In this document: in pieces, positions 52,978 to 61,910 of the stretch | Position numbering within the stretch: the stretch's first letter is position 1 | Layout of the letters: each line of letters begins with the position of its first letter | From: an uncultured Ktedonobacterales bacterium | GTDB taxonomy: Bacteria > Chloroflexota > DTOL01 > DAOUCN01 | Assembly (NCBI GenBank): GCA_964402955.1 | Contig: CAYOEZ010000003.1 | Location: 588 to 64,587 of the forward strand | Direction: 5' to 3' | Length of the DNA: 64,000 nt | Translations under genes and position numbers: made by a program | Notes under the pieces: model-generated | Database searches by the model: none | Told to the model about the DNA's origin: nothing | The model's input: only the letters and a program-made list of their open reading frames with translations

Positions 52978-54936
52978 CTATAGCAATTCCTTCAGCCGCT
53001 GTGCTGCGGCGCGGGTCATGCCCGGCACGGCGGCGACGTCATCCAGCGCCGCGTCGCGGATCGCCTGTACATTGCCGAACTTCTTGATCAGCGCCGCCTT
53101 GCGGCGCGGGCCGATTCCCGGCACCTCGTCCAGCAGCGAGCGCATGCCCTTCTTCTGGCGCAGCGTCTTATGGTAGGTGATGGCGAAGCGGTGCCCCCCG
53201 TCGCGGATGCGCTGCACCAGATAGAGCGCCTGCGACGTGCGCGGCAGTAGCAGCGGCTCCGACTGGCCGGGCTGGAAGATCTCCTCACGCTCCTTGGCCA
53301 GGCCAACGGTCGGCACCTCGGTGACGCCAAGCTCGTCCATGATCTCCATAGCCGCGCTCAATTGCCCCTTGCCGCCATCGACGATCACCAGGTTGGGCAG
53401 GATCGTCCAGGGGTCGGCCTCGGCTGTAGCGGCGGCGACCGCCGCCGCCGTCCCTGATTCCGCCTGCTCCCTGCCCGCTGGTTCTTCCTCCCTGCCCCCT
53501 GCTCCCTGCTCCCTGCTCTCTTCTCCCCCCGTCTCCTCTTGCGGATGGCGCGCCCGCTTGAAGCGCCGCCGCAGCACCTCCTGCATCATGGCGAAGTCAT
53601 TGGCGCCCTGCACTGTCTTGATCTTGAAGCGGCGATAGTGGGCGTTGCGCGGCGCGCCGTTCTCGAAGACGACCATCGAGCCGACGGGGTTTGTGCCCTG
53701 GATGTTAGAGATGTCGTAGCACTCGATGCGCAGCGGGGCAGTGGTCAGCCCCAGGTACTCCTGTAGCTCCAGTACGGCGCCCATCGTCTTGTTGCTGTCG
53801 GCCAGCCATTGGGCGCGCAGTTGAGCCAGCGTCTCGGTGGCGTTCTCTGCGGCCATTGCCACAAGCTGCCTGTCCTCGGCTTTGCGCTGCACGCGCAGGC
53901 TGACGCGCGTCCCCTTTTTGCTCTTCAGCCACGACTCGATGATGTGCACCTCTTCGATCTCGTTGGGCAGGAGAATTTTGGGCGGGATGTCGGTGGCGCT
54001 GTCGTAGAATTGCTGCAGGAAGCTGCCCAGTACCTCTTTGTCTCCAGACTCCTTCGTTCCTTCCAGGACATAGTTCTCGCGGCCGATCAGCCGCCCGCCG
54101 CGGATGAAAAAGAGCTGGACGCAGGCCTCGCCGTTGGAGCGGGCAAAGGCGATCACGTCTTGATCGGAGAAGGTGGTCGAGACGACGCGTTGCGTTTCGG
54201 CCACACGCTTGATAGCCTGCAGCTTATCGCGCAGCGCCGCGGCCCGCTCGAAGCGCAGCGTCTCGGCGGCCTCGTTCATGTGGCGGGCAATGTCCTTGAC
54301 CACTCCGTCATGCCTGCCTTCAAGAAAGAGGATGGCCTGCTGCACCGCTTCATCGTACTCGGCCTTGGTCGTCACGCCGATGCACGGCCCCAGGCAGCGG
54401 TGGATGTAGAGGTACAGGCAGGCGCGTTTGTCCTTGCCGGTGATGACGCGGTTGCAGGTGCGGTAGGGGAAGAGCCGGTTGAGTAATTCCATCGTCGAGC
54501 GCACCGAGCGGGCGCTGGCATAGGGGCCAAAGTAGCGCGCTCCGTCCTGCTCGACGCGGCGTGTCGTGAAGACGCGCGGCCATTCTTCGTTGGTCGTGAT
54601 CTTGATGTAGAGGTAGTTCTTGTCGTCGCGCAGGCGGATGTTGAAGAAGGGGCGATGCTTCTTGATCAGCGTACACTCGAGAATGAGGGCTTCCAACTCT
54701 GAGGCTGTGACGATGTATTCGATGTCTTCGATCAGCGCAACCAGACGGCGCGTTTTCATCTCCTGGCCGTCGTGCGAGTGGAAGTAGGAGCGCACGCGGT
54801 TGCGCAGGCTGATTGCCTTGCCCACGTAGATCACCTTGCCGGTGGCATCCTTCATGATGTAGACGCCGGGCTTGGCGGGCAGGTTCTTGAGCGTTGTTTG
54901 AAGTCTGGCTTGCGCGTCTGAGGCTTGCTGTGCCAT
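52978..54936 (-). CDS. uvrC: Excinuclease ABC subunit C
   Basis: GIY-YIG N-terminus PGVYIMKD..G.VIYVGKA..L..R. UvrBC motif. C-terminal (HhH)2. ATG at 54936. Confidence 0.95.
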   Translation of the reverse strand: MAQQASDAQARLQTTLKNLPAKPGVYIMKDATGKVIYVGKAISLRNRVRSYFHSHDGQEMKTRRLVALIEDIEYIVTASELEALILECTLIKKHRPFFNIRLRDDKNYLYIKITTNEEWPRVFTTRRVEQDGARYFGPYASARSVRSTMELLNRLFPYRTCNRVITGKDKRACLYLYIHRCLGPCIGVTTKAEYDEAVQQAILFLEGRHDGVVKDIARHMNEAAETLRFERAAALRDKLQAIKRVAETQRVVSTTFSDQDVIAFARSNGEACVQLFFIRGGRLIGRENYVLEGTKESGDKEVLGSFLQQFYDSATDIPPKILLPNEIEEVHIIESWLKSKKGTRVSLRVQRKAEDRQLVAMAAENATETLAQLRAQWLADSNKTMGAVLELQEYLGLTTAPLRIECYDISNIQGTNPVGSMVVFENGAPRNAHYRRFKIKTVQGANDFAMMQEVLRRRFKRARHPQEETGGEESREQGAGGREEEPAGREQAESGTAAAVAAATAEADPWTILPNLVIVDGGKGQLSAAMEIMDELGVTEVPTVGLAKEREEIFQPGQSEPLLLPRTSQALYLVQRIRDGGHRFAITYHKTLRQKKGMRSLLDEVPGIGPRRKAALIKKFGNVQAIRDAALDDVAAVPGMTRAAAQRLKELL

Positions 54937-54981
54937 GATAGGGATATTGTAGCACAAATGAGCGGTTTTTGCATGATTGCG

Positions 54982-55010
54982 TTGACACGACCCAGTGATT
55001 GGGGTATACT
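54982..55010 (+). promoter_or_regulatory. Promoter of brnTA (TTGACA-17-TATACT)
   Basis: -35 at 54982-54987, -10 at 55005-55010. Confidence 0.6.
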
Positions 55011-55051
55011 CTGATCAGGGTGCTAGCCACCACCGCACGGGAAGGAATACC

Positions 55052-55339
55052 ATGGAGTTGGAGTGGGATCCTAAGAAGGCAGCCAGCAATCTGAAGAAGC
55101 ACCGGGTGTCCTTTGCTGAGGCCGCGACCGTATTCAGCGACCGGCTCAGCATTACGATCCCTGATCCCGATCATTCAGTAAACGAAGATCGACAGATTAC
55201 CGTTGGCATGTCCGATCGTTCTCGCTTGCTTATGGTGGCGCACGCAGAACGTGGCGACCGTATCCGTATCATTAGCGCACGTGAGCTGACGAAAGCTGAG
55301 AAAGAATCCTATGCAGAAGCAAACGAATTCAGAACCTGA
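55052..55339 (+). CDS. brnT: BrnT-family (DUF497) toxin
   Basis: MELEWDPKKAASNLKKHRVSFAEA..VF.D......PD..HS..E.R....G......L.V.H.ERGD.IRIISAR..T..E. Confidence 0.85.
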   Translation: MELEWDPKKAASNLKKHRVSFAEAATVFSDRLSITIPDPDHSVNEDRQITVGMSDRSRLLMVAHAERGDRIRIISARELTKAEKESYAEANEFRT

Positions 55340-55556
55340 AGATGACTTGCGGCCCGAGTATGATCTGAAAGAACTGCTTAAGGGCGGCGCGCGTGGCAAG
55401 TACGCTGAACGCTATCAAGCGGGTACTAACCTTGTGTTACTGGAACCCGATGTGGCGAAGGCATTCCCGACCGAGAAATCGGTCAACGACGCCCTGCGCC
55501 TCGTGCTGGAGTTGTCCAGGATACCCGAAAGCCAGAAACGTACTGCCAAGGCGTAG
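55311..55556 (+). CDS. brnA: BrnA-type antitoxin
   Basis: Overlaps brnT by 29 nt. ..DDLRPEYDL...LKGGARGKYAERY..GTNLVLLEPDVAKAFP....VN.ALR. Confidence 0.75.
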   Translation: MQKQTNSEPEDDLRPEYDLKELLKGGARGKYAERYQAGTNLVLLEPDVAKAFPTEKSVNDALRLVLELSRIPESQKRTAKA

Positions 55557-55593
55557 CAGCGCCGCATCGAGGCTGAACAGTGAGGACTCGCCC

Positions 55594-55809
55594 ATGACCG
55601 AGCTGATCTGGGATGGCAAGTATGACGCCAACGGATGCTGCTCTATGATCGGTGGAACCGCAGGTCGAGAGGTTTTGTCCGAAATCCCCAACCATATTAC
55701 GTCATATGATCCATCTAGGGAGAGCGGGGTCTGTGGCGAACACGCCGCCAAGCCGAGGAGCTGGCAACTTGACCACGCCAAGACGGAACGAGGCAATCAT
55801 GCTCTATGA
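55594..55809 (+). pseudogene. Possible remnant of a DNA methyltransferase N-terminus (MTELIWDGKYDANG..) followed by unrelated sequence
   Basis: The L-x-W-x-GKYD N-terminal motif is typical of Mod/N6-adenine methylases as I recall. The remaining ~58 codons do not look methylase-like. GTGAGGA SD. The stop overlaps the next start. Confidence 0.3.
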
Positions 55810-56233
55810 AAGCGATGTGATCGACGCAGTGTGCCGTCACCTAGCAGGGCACGGCTTCACGATCCTCCAGAGACTCTCCACCACTCAGCACGGGATCGAC
55901 ATCATCGCTTCGCGAGAAGAACCAAGTCCTATGGAATTGTCGATTGAGGCCAAGGGCGAGACAAGCGAGCGCAAGGAAAGCCAGCGATTCGGCAAGCCCT
56001 TCGATAGCGCCCAGGTCAAGATCCATGTCGCCGAAGCCATCTACGCAGCGGCTGCACTCATCTCCTCACCGCAGGTTCACCCCTACCGCCGCGTGGCTGT
56101 TGCGTTCCCTCAGGATCCCCTTCATCAGAGGTACGCTGCTTCAGTGCAGCCGGCCCTTACCGCCCTTACTGTCGGCGTCTTCTGGGTCACAGACGACAAG
56201 AAGGTCTCTCTGGTCGCACCGTGGGAGCTCTAG
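55799..56233 (+). CDS. Small PD-(D/E)XK nuclease-fold protein (YraN/restriction-endonuclease-like)
   Basis: ..HGIDIIAS..(12 aa)..ELSIEAKGE.. gives a D..ExK arrangement after an N-terminal helix. ATG at 55799 with a GAGG SD. Confidence 0.55.
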   Translation: MLYESDVIDAVCRHLAGHGFTILQRLSTTQHGIDIIASREEPSPMELSIEAKGETSERKESQRFGKPFDSAQVKIHVAEAIYAAAALISSPQVHPYRRVAVAFPQDPLHQRYAASVQPALTALTVGVFWVTDDKKVSLVAPWEL

Positions 56234-56472
56234 TGTCCCTTCGACGGGCAAAGCCGCCTAACAACTCGCTGGAGCTGACGGCGGCTGGCATGCCGAAAAG
56301 CCGGAGAAGCCTTGCCTGCCGAGTTGCCGTATAGTGCAACTGGGGAGGGGAATGCGGCGAACATGCGGCCTAATTTCCCCTTGGTGGTTACACGGAAAAA
56401 TCCCGCATAAGCAATGGTTATGCCCCTTGTTCAAGCATGAGTGAGGCAAGCCAGCGTAGGAGTGATTCAGTC

Positions 56473-57087
56473 ATGGGTTTTGATTTTGCAAAAGCCGCCG
56501 AACATACTGAACACGTAGCAAAATCGGCATCGAGTATCAGCAGTGGTATGACCCAACTACTGGACTACTGCGAAGCGATTTCACCTAGCCCGGCTTGGTC
56601 TAGCATCCGGCGCCTGGACTTCGAAGATGATAGCGCAGACCTGCGCCTATGGCTGGAAAAGGTCTTGTCAAGCGAACCGCCATCTCAGGAAGTCAATGCG
56701 TTCTGGTTTGGACTGTTCAACCCGGTCCTGGATAATGGTGAAACCAGTTGTGGTCTGTATGTTTCCGGCTCCACCTCGTTTGACCCCGAGGACGAGACGG
56801 CAGAATGGGCAGTTCCGACTGGCGACTCCTATTTGCCCGAAGGGAGATATGCTCATTCACGTGTGCTCGGAGATGCCTATCGCCTCGTCAACAAGAATGG
56901 CGTGGCCGATATCGGAGAATATGTCCTGTGTTTGGGATACGCCAGCCTTGCAGTAAGAACAATCAGTCGTTCCTTGAGCCCGAAACTGCTATTGGGCAGA
57001 CGCAAATCACGCGCTATCGCGGTGGGATTTGACTCTGGCGACTTCATAATCCTCGATGATATCAGCACGCAAAGGTTCCCATTGTGA
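56473..57087 (+). CDS. Hypothetical protein (204 aa), no family recognised
   Basis: ATG at 56473 has an AGGAG SD. The track start at 56437 has none. The region is AT-richer than its flanks by eye. Confidence 0.6.
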   Translation: MGFDFAKAAEHTEHVAKSASSISSGMTQLLDYCEAISPSPAWSSIRRLDFEDDSADLRLWLEKVLSSEPPSQEVNAFWFGLFNPVLDNGETSCGLYVSGSTSFDPEDETAEWAVPTGDSYLPEGRYAHSRVLGDAYRLVNKNGVADIGEYVLCLGYASLAVRTISRSLSPKLLLGRRKSRAIAVGFDSGDFIILDDISTQRFPL

Positions 57088-57102
57088 CCTAGAGGCATCC
57101 CC

Positions 57103-57765
57103 ATGAAACCGATCCTCCTTGGCATCCTGACCTTTGTGATCGTCGCCAGCTTCTTCATCAGCGGCCTGGCCATCGGCCGCGGTGTGGCGATTACCGACGC
57201 CATCCGCTCGCTTATTCAGGGCGTGTCCGCCACGCCGACCACCGTCATCTCGCGCGCCGCGGTCATCGAGCAGATTCGTCGCATCCAGCGCCTGGAAACG
57301 ACCACCTACACCATCGAGCGTACCGTCGCCAAACAGACCGACAGTTTCTGGCCGGAGTGGCTGCGCGGCGAACGATTGCTTCTGGTGGCCCACGGCACGA
57401 TCGTTGCCGGCGTCGATCTGGACGGATTGAGCGAGAACAACGTGATCGTCTCAGACGACGGGACGTCGGTCGTGATCAACCTGCCGGCTGTGGCGATCTT
57501 CAACCAGAACACCATCCTCGACAACGAAAAGACGTACGTGTACGACCGCCAACGCGGCATCCTCTCACCGTTCACTATCGATCTTGAGGCCACAGCGCGC
57601 CGCGAGGCCGGCAAGCAGCTCCTGCTCGCTGCATGTGAAGGCGGCATTTTGCGCCAGGCCACCGCCGACAGCCAGCGGGCGATAGAGCATCTCCTTGCTC
57701 TCTTGCAGATAGCGGTCACCGTGAACTCGGCGCCGGTTCCCCCCTGTCCTGTCACAGCATCGTGA
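57103..57765 (+). CDS. DUF4230-family membrane-anchored protein
   Basis: N-terminal TM. ..IEQIRRIQRLETTTYTIE..V........W......LLLVAHGTIVAGVDL..L pattern typical of DUF4230. Confidence 0.75.
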   Translation: MKPILLGILTFVIVASFFISGLAIGRGVAITDAIRSLIQGVSATPTTVISRAAVIEQIRRIQRLETTTYTIERTVAKQTDSFWPEWLRGERLLLVAHGTIVAGVDLDGLSENNVIVSDDGTSVVINLPAVAIFNQNTILDNEKTYVYDRQRGILSPFTIDLEATARREAGKQLLLAACEGGILRQATADSQRAIEHLLALLQIAVTVNSAPVPPCPVTAS

Positions 57766-57843
57766 CCTCTGCGCCTTTGCGTCTCCGCTTCCTTTGTGCT
57801 ACAATGCCCCTGCACCCTCATTTCCGCTCGAAGGAGAGAGCAT

Positions 57844-59634
57844 ATGGCACAACCACGTTCAGAGTATCCGCGACCGCAATTCGTGCGCCCTGATTGGCTT
57901 TGCCTGAATGGCGAATGGCACTTTGAGATTGACCATGGCGATAGCGGTCTGGAGCGCGGCCTGCGCGAGCGAGAGCTGACGCAACGCATCGTGGTTCCCT
58001 TCGCCCCAGAGTCCACACTGTCCGGCATCGGCAATACCGACTTCATGCGCGCCGTCTGGTATCGCAAGCAAGCGACGATCCCCGCACACTGGGCAGGCAA
58101 AGACATCCTGCTCCACTTCCAGGCTGTCGATTATGACAGCACCGTCTGGGTCAACGGCGTCGAGGTAGGGCGCCATCGCGGCGGCTACACGCCCTTCACC
58201 TGCAACCTGCGCGGCATTGCCAAAGCCGGCGAGACAGTCACTATTGTCGTGCGCGCCCGCGACGACTGGCGCCCAACCCAGCCACGCGGCAAGCAATCGC
58301 AGCGCTACGAGAACTATGGCTGCCTCTACACCCGCACCACTGGTATCTGGCAGACGGTGTGGCTGGAGCCTGTGCCCGCCTGCGCGCTCAAGCGCCCACG
58401 GCTAACGCCCGATCTGGCCAACAGCAGCATCCGTTTGGAGCAGCCGCTCTCGGCTGCCCGCGCCGGCTTGCGCCTGCGCGCCACCGTGAGCGACGCAGGA
58501 GGCGCCGTGTGCACAGCCGAGTGCGCCGCCGACCAAGACTTCGCGCCGCAGCTTACCCTGCCGATCCCACCTGACCGCCGCCGCTTGTGGTCGCCCGCAG
58601 ACCCGCATCTCTATGGTATTGCGATCGAGCTAATCGATCGCGCCGGGCAGGTTGTTGATCGTGCGGTGACCTATGCCGGCCTGCGCGGCGTCACCATCGA
58701 AGGCAAGGCGATCAAGCTCAACGGCAAGACCGTCTTCCAGCGCCTCGTGCTCGATCAGGGCTTCTATCCCGATGGCATCTACACGGCTGCCACCGACGCT
58801 GATCTGCGCGCCGACATCGAGCTGAGCATGGCCGCCGGCTTCAACGGCGCACGCCTGCACCAGAAGGTGTTTGAAGAGCGCTTCTTCTACCACGCCGACC
58901 GCCTGGGTTACCTGTTGTGGGCCGAGTTCCCCGACTGGGGCTGCCGCGGCTACGGGCCGGAGGAGGATCACCAGCAGCCGACAGCTTCCTACATCACGCA
59001 GTGGCTCGAAGAGATCGAGCGCGACTACTCGCATCCCAGCATCATCGGCTGGTGCCCGCTCAACGAAACCGGGCAGCCGCTGACGGATCGCATCAGCGTT
59101 CTTGACGACGTGACGCGCGGCATGTTCCTGGCTGCCAAAGCCTTGGACGCCACCCGGCCAGTCCTCGACACGTCCGGTTATTCGCACCGTGTGCCGGAGA
59201 CAGACGTCTTCGACTGCCACGACTACGACCAGAACGTGGCCACCTTCACGGAGCGCCACGCCCACGTGGCCGAGGGCAAGCCCTACTACAACAGTCGCAA
59301 CGACCGCGCCTGGTCCATCCCCTATTCCGGGCAGCCCTTCATGGTTAGCGAGTTTGGCGGCACGTGGTGGAACCCTGACGCAGCCGCAGATGCAGATAGG
59401 ACCACGTCGTGGGGCTACGGCAATGCGCCGAAGACGATCGAAGAAGTGTACCAGCGCTTCGAGGGATTGTGCAGCGCCCTGCTCAATGACCCTGCCATGT
59501 TCGGCTACTGCTACACCCAGTTGACAGACGTCTACCAGGAGCAAAACGGCATCTACACCTTCGACCGCACGCCCAAGTTCGACCTCACTCGTATCAGGGC
59601 CGTCCAGACCAAAAGGGCAGCAATCGAAAAATGA
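57844..59634 (+). CDS. Glycoside hydrolase family 2 (beta-galactosidase/glucuronidase-like)
   Basis: EYPRPQFVR..W..LNGEW.F. Acid/base motif WCPLNE. Nucleophile motif MVSEFGG. ATG at 57844 with a GAAGGAGAG SD. Confidence 0.9.
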   Translation: MAQPRSEYPRPQFVRPDWLCLNGEWHFEIDHGDSGLERGLRERELTQRIVVPFAPESTLSGIGNTDFMRAVWYRKQATIPAHWAGKDILLHFQAVDYDSTVWVNGVEVGRHRGGYTPFTCNLRGIAKAGETVTIVVRARDDWRPTQPRGKQSQRYENYGCLYTRTTGIWQTVWLEPVPACALKRPRLTPDLANSSIRLEQPLSAARAGLRLRATVSDAGGAVCTAECAADQDFAPQLTLPIPPDRRRLWSPADPHLYGIAIELIDRAGQVVDRAVTYAGLRGVTIEGKAIKLNGKTVFQRLVLDQGFYPDGIYTAATDADLRADIELSMAAGFNGARLHQKVFEERFFYHADRLGYLLWAEFPDWGCRGYGPEEDHQQPTASYITQWLEEIERDYSHPSIIGWCPLNETGQPLTDRISVLDDVTRGMFLAAKALDATRPVLDTSGYSHRVPETDVFDCHDYDQNVATFTERHAHVAEGKPYYNSRNDRAWSIPYSGQPFMVSEFGGTWWNPDAAADADRTTSWGYGNAPKTIEEVYQRFEGLCSALLNDPAMFGYCYTQLTDVYQEQNGIYTFDRTPKFDLTRIRAVQTKRAAIEK

Positions 59635-59662
59635 TCCGGGAACTGAAAGTTCCCGGCTAAGA

Positions 59663-59712
59663 AAACGGAAGTCCCTGCGGGACTGTGGCTAGTCCCGCAG
59701 GGACTTCCGTTT
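59663..59712. terminator. Perfect 22-bp-stem hairpin (AAACGGAAGTCCCTGCGGGACT..), flanked by two smaller hairpins (59636-59656, 59719-59739)
   Basis: Three consecutive stem-loops fill the 106-nt gap between the convergent GH2 and deacylase genes. Confidence 0.6.
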
Positions 59713-59740
59713 GTTCAGCACGACACTTTGAGTGTCGTGG

Positions 59741-60778
59741 CTACAGCGTCGGCGCAACCCACGCGCTATCGGCATGCGACGTGTCAGCGACAAAGAAGGC
59801 CCAGTCGCCGGGACGCACGGGGTAGGTGCGCGCAATTAGCGTCAAGACGCCGTCGCTCGGCGCAACCAGTTCTTCCAAGACCTCGAAGGTATAGGGACTG
59901 ACGACGCGCCCCAGCACCTCGCCCTTCTTCACCTCGCGCCCGATCTCATCCGGCTCGTGCACCGGCACCAGCAGGCCGCCCTTCGACGGATCAACGCGGT
60001 GGTTGAGGGAGAAGTCGAGGAAGCGCTTGGGCAGCACCATCTTGCCGTCGAGCATGCCCAGGTGATACATCACGTTGCGCACGCCCTGCCAGTTGAAGTT
60101 GAGCCACTTGGTCTCGATTTCCAGGCCAAAGCCCATGCCACCAACCTCGGCCGCGATGCCAGGGATGCCGTACTTGACGCCGGCATAGCCCATGACCGAC
60201 TTGGGGCCCGGGTAGCCGGATGCGCCTGTCACCTTGTGCAGCAAGGGCCAGCCGTAGGCCTGGGCCAGGTTGCGGGTCTTTTCGTTCAGTCCGGGTTTGG
60301 GGTAGTCTGTGGTGTAGGTGGTCAGGCCAAGCAGGTTGCCCCACATCCCGAAGTGGAAATCGAGCAGGGCGTCCACCCTGGGCAGAACCTCACGATCCAC
60401 CACTTTGGCGATCGCCTCAGCGATCCAGTTGAACCCGCCCGGCCAGATGCGGTTCATATCGGGCCCGTCAGCAGAGAACTGTGTCAGGCGTGTGAGCGTG
60501 CCAAGTGCGGTGGGGCTGCACACGGGGATCACCACCACCGTGCCCGCCAGAACGGCCACATCCGTTTCGCTCACGACCTTGCGGAACAATTGCAGCTCAC
60601 CCCACTCATCGCCGTGCTGCACTCCTACCAGCAACAGTGTTGGTCCCGGCCTGGCGCCGGCCAACACGTGAACTGTCACCGCAACCTCGCCGCCGTCGAG
60701 ATCGACGGTGACGGGAAGACGCACTGTGCCTTTGGTGACTCGTGCAAACTTCTTGCCGCCAAGCTCAAAATCAGCCAT
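59741..60778 (-). CDS. Succinylglutamate desuccinylase/aspartoacylase-family (M14-like) deacylase
   Basis: ..GPTLLLVGVQHGDEW.. zinc-site motif near the N-terminus. 345 aa. Confidence 0.8.
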   Translation of the reverse strand: MADFELGGKKFARVTKGTVRLPVTVDLDGGEVAVTVHVLAGARPGPTLLLVGVQHGDEWGELQLFRKVVSETDVAVLAGTVVVIPVCSPTALGTLTRLTQFSADGPDMNRIWPGGFNWIAEAIAKVVDREVLPRVDALLDFHFGMWGNLLGLTTYTTDYPKPGLNEKTRNLAQAYGWPLLHKVTGASGYPGPKSVMGYAGVKYGIPGIAAEVGGMGFGLEIETKWLNFNWQGVRNVMYHLGMLDGKMVLPKRFLDFSLNHRVDPSKGGLLVPVHEPDEIGREVKKGEVLGRVVSPYTFEVLEELVAPSDGVLTLIARTYPVRPGDWAFFVADTSHADSAWVAPTL

Positions 60779-60833
60779 GTACAGCCTCCATTTTGGATTT
60801 CGCGCGGTCGTCGTTCACGAACAGAGAAGCAAA

Positions 60834-61640
60834 CTAACGAGTATAACTGCTTAAGAATGCCGTCACTGCCGCCATATAGGCATCGAAACTTTCGCGGCGG
60901 ATGTTGTGGCCGGCATCGGGAATGTGCACCACCTGAATCCTGGGGTTGAGCAGCGTCACCTTGCGCGCGACCTCCGGCGTGACGATGCCACCCTGCGCCG
61001 GGTCGGCGCTGATCAACAGCGTCGGGCAGGCGACCCGTGCCACAATGTCCTGATAGCCAGGCATGGGCTTGAGCAGAAGCTGCACAATGCTCAGGCTGAC
61101 GCGCTTTTTGGCCTCACTCCAGGGGCCAAACTCACTCTTGTCCCACTTCGCCACGCCTGGATTGGCACGCGTTGCGTGCTCGACCATTTGCTCAAGGGAC
61201 ATGCTCTTGCGCGCATCGATATCCATCTGCCAGTTGGTCGCCCACGCAATCCTTTCGGCCTCCGTCCCCGCCGCATCGCGCCAGGGCGGATCCTCCAGAA
61301 CCAGCCGCCCCACCAGATCAGGATGGCGAACCGCGGCAAACGCAGCCGTCATGGCGCCCATCGAGTGGCCCATGACGCACGGCTTACGCAGACCAAGCGA
61401 CTGAATGACGCCCGCCACGTCGTCCGCCAGGATATTGTACGTGTAGCCGGAATCGGGCGCGGCAGACAGGCCGTGGGCGCGCGCATCGAGCATGATCAGA
61501 TCGTAGTCATTGCCCAGGGCTGCGGCCACGCGTGGCCAACACTGGCCGCTGTCGCCCAGGCCGTGGCACAACAGCAGCGGAGGCTTGGCCCCGCCGCTGC
61601 GTTCATAGTGGATCTTGATGCCGTTGCTCAACACATCCAT
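60834..61640 (-). CDS. Alpha/beta hydrolase
   Basis: HGLGDS oxyanion region and GHSMGA nucleophile elbow. ATG at 61640 with a GGAGG SD. Confidence 0.85.
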   Translation of the reverse strand: MDVLSNGIKIHYERSGGAKPPLLLCHGLGDSGQCWPRVAAALGNDYDLIMLDARAHGLSAAPDSGYTYNILADDVAGVIQSLGLRKPCVMGHSMGAMTAAFAAVRHPDLVGRLVLEDPPWRDAAGTEAERIAWATNWQMDIDARKSMSLEQMVEHATRANPGVAKWDKSEFGPWSEAKKRVSLSIVQLLLKPMPGYQDIVARVACPTLLISADPAQGGIVTPEVARKVTLLNPRIQVVHIPDAGHNIRRESFDAYMAAVTAFLSSYTR

Positions 61641-61779
61641 TGCACAACCTCCACTGTTGGCGTGACGAAAAGAGGCAGGACCGCGCTGCCCACACCGTGC
61701 ACGGGCGGCGGCGTTGCCTGCCCTGAAGGATGCGGCAGATAATCTTAGCATTCAGAGGGGGGAATGTCAAGATTTCGAG

Positions 61780-61808
61780 TTGACACGACGGCGCGTCTCC
61801 ACTATACT
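61780..61808 (+). promoter_or_regulatory. Promoter of the beta-mannosidase gene (TTGACA-17-TATACT)
   Basis: -35 at 61780-61785, -10 at 61803-61808. Confidence 0.55.
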
Positions 61809-61910
61809 CAAAGCAGGACGAAATCTCTTTCTGCTGGCTCGGCCAATGGCCGCGAGGTCAGATCGGGGGTCTTGCTACGGTTTGAGCCGCCGCAGACGTG
61901 GAGGATGCGC

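Noticed and set aside
54937-55051. LexA box upstream of uvrC
   Set aside because: No GAAC-N4-GTTC is present in the uvrC/brnT divergent region. Only the brnTA promoter is evident.
56262-56336. Short frame reading PNNSLELTAAGMPKSRRSLACRVAV*, reminiscent of recurring 'NxSLxxT' tails seen in gene remnants
   Set aside because: It has no start codon or SD, and I cannot tie it to a defined family from memory. It is noted only as possible debris within the islet.
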